From Octopus sinensis (lineage: Eukaryota), in contig NW_021832823.1 of the NCBI RefSeq assembly GCF_006345805.1, forward strand, positions 1 to 32,515: a stretch of DNA of 32,515 nucleotides, given 5' to 3'. This document shows, one piece after another, positions 12,496 through 21,619 of the stretch. Position 1 is the stretch's first letter; each line of letters opens with the position of its first letter. The notes beneath the pieces were generated by a model. That model was not told the DNA's origin and made no database searches. It saw nothing but the letters and a program-made list of their open reading frames with translations. A program made the position numbers and the translations under genes.

Positions 12496-12695
12496 TTTAA
12501 AATTTTGGCAAAAGGCCAGCCAGCAATTTCGAAGGAGAGAGTAAGTTGATCACATCGACCCCAGTGCTCAGCTGGTCTATCGACCCTGAAAACATCAAAG
12601 GCAAGAGTCAACTTCGACGGAATTTGAACTCAGAACGGACGAAATGTCGTTAACTCAGAATGGACGAAATGCTAACGATTCTGCCAGCCCACCGC
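12496..12695 (-). mobile_element. SINE family B, diverged, with a short internal duplication
   Basis: catcgaccccagtgctcagctgg, ggaatttgaactcagaac and gctaacgattctgccagc are the reverse complement of the family B body and head. Confidence 0.85.
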
Positions 12696-12777
12696 TCTAT
12701 TCCGTCCTTTAATAATTCATTATCATTTTAGAACAGGAAGATACAAAGAATGATGTAATCCAAGATACACTATGTAT

Positions 12778-13180
12778 AGGCGTAAGAGTGGCTATGTGGT
12801 AAGTAGCTTGTTTACGAACAACATGGTTCCGGGTTCAGTCACACTGCGTGGCACCTTGGGCAAGTGTCTTCAACTATATCCTCGGGCCGACCAAAGCCTT
12901 GTGAGTGGATTTGGTAGACGGAAACTGAGAGAAGCCCGTCGTATGTATATATATATATACGTATGTCTGTGTGTGTATATGTTTCTGTGTCTGTGTTTGT
13001 GCCCCAAACATCGCTTGACAACCGATGCTGGTGTGTTTACGTCCCCGTAAAAGAGCCCGATAGAATAAGTACTAAGCTTACAAAGAATAAGTCCTGGGGT
13101 GGATGTGCTCGACTAAAGGCAGTGCTCCAGCATGGCCACAGTCAAATGATGAAACAAGTAAAAGAGTAAAGAGTAAGAGT
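12778..13180 (+). mobile_element. SINE family A, full length
   Basis: Complete head, core, (TA)n/(TG)n linker, 3' module and AAAGAGT-like tail repeats. Confidence 0.95.
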
Positions 13181-13299
13181 ATGTGAGCGAAAAGAAAGTG
13201 ATATTCACGGATGTAACACCTTCAATGAAAGATCAGCTTAATGAGGTCTGACCTGGGGTTAAACAACTAGAACAATAACAATAACAACAGCACGAACCA

Positions 13300-14225
13300 A
13301 CGAGTGTGCATCTATGTGGTCATTTGAGTTACAAGAAATAACAGGCAAATCTCCGTTGTACCATACTGTAATGTGTTGGAATCTTAAAATAGAATATGTG
13401 GGAGATTGTAGTCACAGGTTCCATAAACATGAGAAAAGGCTAGGTGTTTTGGTGGTTGTGGTCACGGTTGGCAGAATGCTTTTTTCTTTGAGATATGCAT
13501 GATTAGTTTTGGCGTGGAGCTAAAAAACTATAGTGAAAACAAAATCTCGCACAAAGAAACACGAGAATCATGATAAGAGTTATTGGATACGATGTAGACC
13601 CATGGCTAGTCAGAACTTATGTGCCACAACATAGGAGAATAATCAGGGCATTGTGGGTAGGACTGTGAAAAGGGACTCGTAAATCTTAACAACCCTGAAG
13701 GTCACAGAGCTAAACTAGGAGAACACCCGGTAGAAGCCGCGGAGACTAAAAGCATGAGATTAATCATAGAGAGAAGAAAGACTAGTTGTTATATAAGTTC
13801 AAAGAATTTAGAAGACTTAGCAAAGTCAGGGAGAATTACATTACTGAAAAGTCAAAAGTAGCAACAACAGGAACAGGAGTCTTAGATTCCAGAGTACCAC
13901 CGGCCAAAGCGTCTGAGGGTTAGCAATGAAAATATCTTGAAACCCCGTATCAGAAACAGATGAGCAAATACCGCGTCCCCTATGAGAACGGATATGTAGT
14001 ACCACACCAACATCGTGCGATGAGGAAGAAATAATTACAGTTGAAAATAAGAAAGGAAAAGAAAAAAATATTACAGAAACGAAAAGAATCAATATAAAAC
14101 AACGGACAGAATTGAAGAGGAACACTTTCTTCTAGACGATATTGAGATTCCTTCACAAGAACTTAATGAAAAGCTGGAAAAAGCAAAGATGAATGAAAAT
14201 TCAGTTCTTCTTAAACCAAACAGTT
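13300..14225 (+). mobile_element. Possible L1/Tx1 ORF1-like remnant, heavily decayed
   Basis: Purine-rich, coding-like sequence. Contains a degenerate CCHC-knuckle-like stretch (LMCHNIGE*SGHCG*DCEK) and E/K-rich pieces (EEHFLLDDIEIPSQELNEKLEKAK). Many stops. Confidence 0.3.
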
Positions 14226-14371
14226 AATGGAGGGGATTACGCATCTGTGGTGTCATGGACACATCAAATAAGTTGTAATGACACTTGAGATGAATGTTTT
14301 TCCTTTTCAACTCCAATTGTCTTAAGAAAATGTCCGCTAGTGCGTTCGGTTGCACTCAGCCATAATTTTAA

Positions 14372-14580
14372 GGGAACTCAGCTCAACCTAGCGTTGGATA
14401 AAATGCTTAACGGGATTTGTTTCAGTTCTTTACGTTCTGAGTTTAAAATCAAACCAAGTTCAACTTTCATTTTCATCCTTTCATGATCGATAAGATAAAG
14501 TACCAAGGTCGATGTAATATAATAGATTATCCCCTTCTCCTTAAAATTTCAGGTCCTGTGTCTATTATATAAAGGATTGT
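14372..14580 (+). mobile_element. SINE family B, old diverged copy
   Basis: ctttacgttctgagttt, ttttcatcctttcatgatcgataagataaagtacc, and the aaaatttcagg..ctgtgtct tail. Confidence 0.75.
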
Positions 14581-14600
14581 TGTTATCATTATTATAGTTA

Positions 14601-14800
14601 AGTCGACTAGTTGACTGAATCATTAGCACGCGGCATTTCGTCCGTCTTCAGTTTCAGAGAAAAAATTCCAATGAGGTCGACTTAGCGTGTCATGCAACGG
14701 GGTTCAATAAAAAAAGTACTAGTTGAGCACTGAGGTCGATGTAATCGACGAGTGCCCTCCCACAAGATTTCTTGTCCTCTGCTTATTATACAAACAATAA
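14601..14800 (+). mobile_element. SINE family B, diverged, with a deletion in the head hairpin
   Basis: gaatcattagcacg|cggcatttcgtccg, gaggtcgactt, aagtactagttgagcactgaggtcgatgtaatcgac. Confidence 0.75.
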
Positions 14801-14840
14801 TTATATTTTAATATTTAAATTATTATTGCTATCATTACTA

Positions 14841-15234
14841 TTTTACTCTTTTACTTGTTTCAGTCATTTGACTGCGGCCATGTTGGAACACCGCCTTTAG
14901 TCGAGCAAATCGACCCCAGAACTTATTCTTTGTAAGCCTAGTACTTATTCTATCTGTCTCTTTGCTCAACCGCTAATTGACGGGGGCGCAAACACACCAG
15001 CATCGGTTGTCAAGCGATGATGCGGGGGCAAACAGAGACACGCAAACACACACACACACACACACATACATATATACGACAGTTTCAGTTTCCATCTACC
15101 GAATCCACTCACAAGGCTTTGGTCGGCCCGAGGCTATAGTAGAAGATATTTGCCCAACGTGCTACGCAGTAGGACTGAACCCGGAACCATGTGGTAGGTA
15201 AGTAAGCTACTTACCACACAGCTACTCCTGCGCA
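14841..15234 (-). mobile_element. SINE family A, full length
   Basis: Reverse complement of the complete family A structure. Confidence 0.93.
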
Positions 15235-15245
15235 TTCTTATTATT

Positions 15246-15428
15246 AGGCGAGCTGGTTGAAACGTTAGCGCGTTGGCCGAAATGCTTAGCGGTATTTTAC
15301 CCGTCGGTACGATCTGAGTTCAAATTTCGCTGATCTCGACTTTGCCTTTCGTCCTTTCGAGGTCGATAAATTAAGTACCAGTGAAATACTAGGGATCAAT
15401 GTAATCGACTTAACCCCCTCCTCACCAA
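15246..15428 (+). mobile_element. SINE family B
   Basis: ggcgagctggttgaaacgttagc head and Nin-like core. Confidence 0.85.
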
Positions 15429-15434
15429 TTAAGA

Positions 15435-15664
15435 CGGCGAGCTGGTAGAATCAATAAAGCGGCGAGCTGGTAACATCGTTACCGCGCCGAGCAAAATGCT
15501 TAGTGGCATTTTGTCCGTCTTTACCTTCTGAGTTCAAATGCTACCGAGGTTGACTTTACTTTCCATCCTTCGGAGTTGATAAAATAAGTACCAGTTGTGT
15601 ATTTGGGTTGATGTAATCGACTATCCTCTCACCCAAAATTTCAAGCCTTATGCCTATAGTAGAA

Positions 15665-15665
<1 letters not shown>
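15435..15665 (+). mobile_element. SINE family B with a duplicated 5' head, ending in an (ATT)n tail
   Basis: ggcgagctggta occurs twice (15436, 15461), followed by the body and the aaaatttcaagccttatgcctatagtagaa tail. Confidence 0.85.
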
Positions 15666-15710
<45 letters not shown>

Positions 15711-15803
15711 TATTATTATTATTATTATATTATTATTATTGTTGTGGTTGTTGTTGTTGTTGTTGTTATTGTTATTGTTGTTGTTGTTGTTGTTATTATT
15801 ATT

Positions 15804-16357
15804 GAGTAAGAGACCAGTACATGCCATCAAAGTGACACTGAGGTAAAATATACGAAGCCCAGTATACCCATCATGACTACCCGTCTGATAAGGGTACACC
15901 AGGCACATGCATCACAAATATGCGTGCGCAACATGGTGATCTCATATCAAGATAAACAGCACATGACCTTGCAGGTGGGGCCCAGTTAGAATTTTCTTCT
16001 GGTCGAGTAACCCATCCCGCTCAAAAGGTCCCTGAATAAGGGTTGTTTAAGGATGTTGAACGAAACATTCATGTTTCCAGAGATGAATTATTCAAACACC
16101 AAAGAATCCCTCTCAACACATGGCTATGATGCTCCCCCACTACTTCTGCTCGTGATCAGAGATGCTCATATCGTCAGCCACCAAGGGACATGCTCAACTG
16201 GTTAAGGTCAAACAACTGACAAGCAAATCTGTAGTATTGAGCAGAATATTTGCTGTAGCCCATCTTTTATACCAAGACAAAACAACTTACATGATAACAC
16301 TTCCAATCAGTTAAGATCAGGAGCCATGAGAGCCACTGCCTGGTACTGCATCAGGGC

Positions 16358-16361
<4 letters not shown>
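15804..16361. mobile_element. About 560 bp interspersed repeat embedded in (ATT)n microsatellites; class and orientation uncertain
   Basis: Complex non-coding sequence bounded on both sides by (ATT)n/(GTT)n. I recognise it as a high-copy octopus repeat from memory only. Confidence 0.6.
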
Positions 16362-16422
<61 letters not shown>

Positions 16423-16457
16423 TATAATCATCGTTGTTGTTGTTGTTGTTGTTGTTA

Positions 16458-16535
<78 letters not shown>

Positions 16536-17099
16536 TGTCGTTGTCAATCTTATAATAATCTGTACAAGTGTAGTAGAACTGGTAAACCGCAAGGGCAGTT
16601 CCGAGGTGAGGTTTCTTCAATTTGTGGAAGAAAAGATGGCAAATCTTTACATATTCTACAAGTTGAAAGCTCAGAGAATCAAGTTCTGGATATTGTCATC
16701 GGAGGTGATGAGGATATTGGATGTTGTGTTAAAGGTTGGTATGTCAAGGAGAGACAACTAAAACAGAAACAACAACAACAGCAACAACAACGCCAACTAC
16801 AACAACAACTATTACAACAACATCGGCAACTACAATATAATAACCACTACGATCTCATCAAATTTGAGTGACTTCATGATTGCTGGGCGAAATGCTTTTA
16901 AAAATAATCGATAATTGAGGAAAAGATTGTATCTTTCGATTGGCGTGTTGCTGTACGTATGTGTTTGTGCGTGAGTTTCTCTGTATGTATGCATGCGCTC
17001 GCATAACTATATATATGCATACATATACACATATGTTTATGTACATGGTTATATGTGTGTGTGTGTGTATGTTACGAAGTGAGTGAATCCATGAGTATG

Positions 17100-17108
17100 T
17101 ACATACAG

Positions 17109-17141
<33 letters not shown>

Positions 17142-17496
17142 TGTATGTATGTATGTATGTATGTATGTATGTATGTATGTATGTATGTATGTATGTATGT
17201 ATGTATGTATGTATGTATGTATGTATGTATGTATGTATATATATATGTATGTATATATATATGTATGTATATATGTATGTATTTATATGTACACACAAAT
17301 GCATGCATACATATGCGTACACACATGCTCACACACACATTCACAAGCACAGGTACACACATACACATTTACATATGAATATATATATACACACACACAC
17401 ACATATATATATATATATGTACACATATCTGTGAGACAATGCACGTATGCTTATGTACATATGTATGTATGCATGTATGTGTGTGCATGCATATAT

Positions 17497-17550
<54 letters not shown>

Positions 17551-17660
17551 TATTTATATGTATTATATAAATACGTACATATACATACATACATATGCAT
17601 ATATATATATACATACATATATTGTATATATTATATGTATTTATTATATATATATATATG
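17100..17660. repeat. (TATG)n and (TA)n microsatellites
   Basis: Direct inspection. Confidence 0.92.
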
Positions 17661-17764
17661 AGCTTATGGGTTTCTTAGTATTTGCAAAACTTTGAGGCGC
17701 ACGACCAAGTATTTGTGGATATATGAATGCTGAATGCATGTATGGATTTATGTGCTTGCGTGTG

Positions 17765-17836
<72 letters not shown>

Positions 17837-17987
17837 TACTACTACTACTACTGCAAAGGGATTCTAAGCCTTGTTCTTCTAAAACCCAAAGCTTTAGTTT
17901 TGCTTGGATACATCTTTTTCCTCTTCGTCATCATCATCATCATCATCATCAGCATCATCATCATCGACATCATCATCATCATCATCG

Positions 17988-18031
<44 letters not shown>

Positions 18032-18076
18032 GTCACCATCATCATCATCATCATCATCATCATTATCATCATCATT

Positions 18077-18143
<67 letters not shown>

Positions 18144-18670
18144 CATCATTATCATCATCATTATCATCATCATCGTCATCTTCATCAACATCATCATCAA
18201 ATTCATTATCGTCAACATCATCATCATTATCAAATTCCTCATTGCTGCAATCGTCGCCGTCGTTGTCGTCCATTTCCACCTTCTCCCCCTCCTTCTTATC
18301 ATCATCATCGTCATCATCATCAATTTCACCATTGCCATTACTGATAATGGCGTTATTGATTTCTATCTGGAAAATCATTCGGATACAGGTGGCATATATG
18401 TTCCTACACACAGCTACTCACCCCAGATCAATCAGCAGCAGCATATCCACCATAACCATCGACAACCACCATCACCACCACCACCGCCACCACCGACCAC
18501 CACCACCAACGACGTCTACGATGACAACGTCGACCACGACGACTACCACGACTACCACCTTAACCGCCTCCACCTGAACCACCAGCACCACCAGCACCAG
18601 CACCCCCACCACCACCACAACCACCACTACCACCACCTCCACTACCTGTCCGGCGTACTACACAGAGCCT
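17765..18670. repeat. (CTA)n, (CAT)n and degenerate CAT/CAC trinucleotide mosaic
   Basis: Direct inspection. A short unique island lies at about 18320-18440. Confidence 0.85.
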
Positions 18671-18690
18671 GACCTTTCCGCGGGAAAGAT

Positions 18691-18758
18691 TAGTTGTTTA
18701 CGTTGACCTCAGTTCTTGACTGGTATCTTATTTTTATCGACCCAGAAAGGATAAAAGG
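18691..18758 (-). mobile_element. SINE family B core fragment
   Basis: gactggtatcttatttttatcgacccagaaaggataaaagg is the reverse complement of the Nin-like core. Confidence 0.65.
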
Positions 18759-19925
18759 TATACTTAATCCCGTTTGATCATGTTTTCCAGCGTAGATATT
18801 TTTGGTTACATAACACTTAGGTGCTGACCGTTACTTACTTTGTCAAACCTAGAAACGACGAAGGACAAAAATCGCCTCCATAGCTTTACATTTGTTGACG
18901 GTTAAATAGTGTTAGTCATTAATGAGAAATATTTTTGTTAGTTTGCGACTAGTGAATGTCTTTTATATTTTAGCATTGTGCTGTGGTGTTATTACTGATT
19001 CTCTCACATATTATCTTCCTTACTGAGGAATACTCTATCGTATACGTTTGTTCTTTAAGAAAGTTCTTCTTTCAAGTTTTGTTTTATTGCAATTTGTCCT
19101 AGTTGTGAACGTTTGGTAAGCCGGAGAAATAGTGTAGTCAATATAACAGTTAGAGTCGTAGGGTTAACAACTCTCAAGTTAACATTCAAATTGGTTTAAC
19201 ATATCGTGCAGTAACTAGCTTCTTTTAGGCATGTAATATGTTATAGATACGAATATTATTAATTCTTAATATATTTGTAGCATAAACTCAGTTTATGGTT
19301 GGCTGCAATGATCTACTTTATTAGTTGTTTTGATAATCTGCACATTTATTCTATAGCAAATTTGCATTTGATAATTTAATATAATGTAAAACACTTAATT
19401 TAAGATTTGTTTATGTTCAGTATATGTAATATTTGACATATACATTATGTTGAATTTAAGTTTATATTGTACGATGATTTGGACTATTAATTCGTGTACC
19501 TGTTGCTGATAACATACAAGTGTCTGTTTATTCTTGGTTTAAATAGTTATTAGTTAATACATTTATTTCCTAGGTACACTAAAGCATATGCATTTATGTC
19601 GACACATTAAACTATAAATACACACACAGGAATATTAGCTGATGCTTTTATTTCCTTAGTAGTGCAACGTGTGTTAATCTATCTATACACCTTAGTGATA
19701 AATGCACACACACACGCACACACACACACACGCACACACACACACATATATACATATCTATGTATATATGTATGTATACTTTGACAGATGGTTATATAAT
19801 ATCAATGACTCCTAAGTGTGTTATCTTCGGTAAACAAGACGAGAATGTCTGGAAATTCATTAATAAACGTTGTCACAGAGATTTGTGTACATATATACCA
19901 ATACATACATACATACATACATACA

Positions 19926-19961
<36 letters not shown>

Positions 19962-19970
19962 TATATATAT

Positions 19971-20384
19971 TTTCTCTTTTACTTGTTTCAGACATTTGAC
20001 TGCGGCCATGTTGGAGCACCGCTTTTAGCCGAGGAAATCGTCTCCAGGACTTATTCATTGTAAGCCTAGTACTTATTCTATCGGTCTCTTTTGCCGAACC
20101 GCTAACTTCTGGGGAGGTAAACACACCAACATCGGTTTTCAAGCGATGTTGGTGGGGGGGGGGGTTCAAACACAGATGCACAAACATATACACACACAAA
20201 CATATATATATATAAATACATATATACGACAGGCTTCTTTCAGTTCCCATCAACCAAATTCACTCACAAGGCTTTGGTCGACCCGAGGCTATAGTAGAAG
20301 ACACTTGCCCAAGGTGTCACGCAATGGGACTGAACCCGAAACCATGTGGTTGGTAAGCAAGCTACTTACTACACATCCACTCAC
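19971..20384 (-). mobile_element. SINE family A, full length
   Basis: Reverse complement of the complete family A structure. Confidence 0.93.
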
Positions 20385-20389
20385 ACATA

Positions 20390-20480
20390 CAAGGTGCGAT
20401 GGGTAAATTGTCGCCATTTTATATCTTTAATTTCTCGCATGCGTATTGTTTGTTTTTGATTTTGTCGACTGCACACTATA
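20390..20480 (+). mobile_element. Probable Tc1/mariner terminal fragment
   Basis: TA followed by CAAGGTGCGATGGGTAAATTGTCGCCATTTT, typical of a TA-target mariner-like end. No partner TIR is seen. Confidence 0.45.
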
Positions 20481-20784
20481 TAAAAAAATATATACATATA
20501 AAAAATATACAATTACATAATGATATAAATAAATAATATAAATTAGTAAACATATATATGTGTTCCACACCCAATGTCTCAGTTTTTCGACTTAATATTG
20601 TGATAATAAACATATATGTTTACTAATTTATATTATTTATTTATATCATTATGTAATTGTATATTTTTTTATATGTATAGGAGTGTGAGTATATGCACTC
20701 ATATGTATATATATATATGTTGTATTGTGGGTACGCACCCACACCCATGTGGGTATATGTGTAGACTGTGTTTTATATTACATA

Positions 20785-20910
20785 ATCTCCGAAGAGGCCT
20801 TGTGATATTTGTGTTAATGTCTCATTTATATTCTATATCGACCAACCATAAAGGGCTAATATTGGTAAAATGAGACATAATTATCGACATGGCCGAAACA
20901 GTTGTAAGAT
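20785..20910 (+). ncRNA. Minimal type I hammerhead ribozyme motif (Penelope-like element type) with extended stem II and a U4C core change
   Basis: Stem I ATCT(20785-88)/AGAT(20907-10). Core CCGAAGA(20789-95), versus canonical CUGAnGA. Stem II GGCC(20796-99)/GGCC(20891-94), extended by atgtctcattt/aaatgagacat (11 bp). GAAA(20895-98). Minimal stem III C-AGTT-G. Predicted cleavage triplet GTA(20904-06). Confidence 0.7.
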
Positions 20911-21329
20911 CTAATTTATACTTATATTTATATTTACTTGTATTTATATTCTTTTTTATATATATTCTAATTATTATACAACATTACTCTTTTATGTACA
21001 CTTTTTTTATGTACATTCCTTTATGTACACTGATTTGTTCTGCTTTTATATTTAGCCCTACAGTCTCTTATGTGGTGGTTTAATAAAGTATGTGATTGAG
21101 TATTATCTGGTAATTGATATTTGATTTAGATGTATTTCTCCATTTTCTTATCTTGTATTAGTAATTTGGGGTAAATCATTTTACCTTTGCCCATATAATA
21201 CAGTAAATGAGTTGATTGCATCGCAATCATTAACATTTATGTATTAACTTTGTTGGGTACCTCACTAGCAGTATATTGGATATACGTTATCCCATAGAGG
21301 GTTGCATTTACAACCCCAATCTCAATTTG

Positions 21330-21360
<31 letters not shown>

Positions 21361-21619
21361 GTATATATATATCTATATATATATATAAATGTATATATGT
21401 GTGTGTTAATACGTATTTATGTCTGTGTACGTATGCATATATATGGGTGCATATGCACACACGTACTTATACACATGTTTTTCTTATCTTACATTTCACC
21501 ATGAAGTATTGGAATATCTGTTAATTTACCGTATTTGTAAATATGCTTTTGTGTTTATGTGTAGAGGTTTGTATGTATACATAAACAAACTTTCATACAC
21601 ACGTTGTGTACGTGACTAT

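Noticed and set aside
12778-12850. tRNA gene (A/B-box-like motifs; also in the other SINE heads)
   Set aside because: These are tRNA-derived SINE heads that continue into SINE bodies and do not form a complete cloverleaf.
14630-14660. Minus-strand CTGAAGA-cggac-GAAA as a hammerhead
   Set aside because: Stem II cannot pair (C opposite C) and there is no stem I/III. It is a mutated SINE B segment.
18960-19125. Exon or microexon ending at TTG|GTAAGC
   Set aside because: The long version has stops in all frames. The 13-nt version is unsupported without transcripts.
21288-21318. gggttg/caaccc hairpin as a Helitron 3' end
   Set aside because: The stem is only 6 bp and there is no downstream CTRR terminus.
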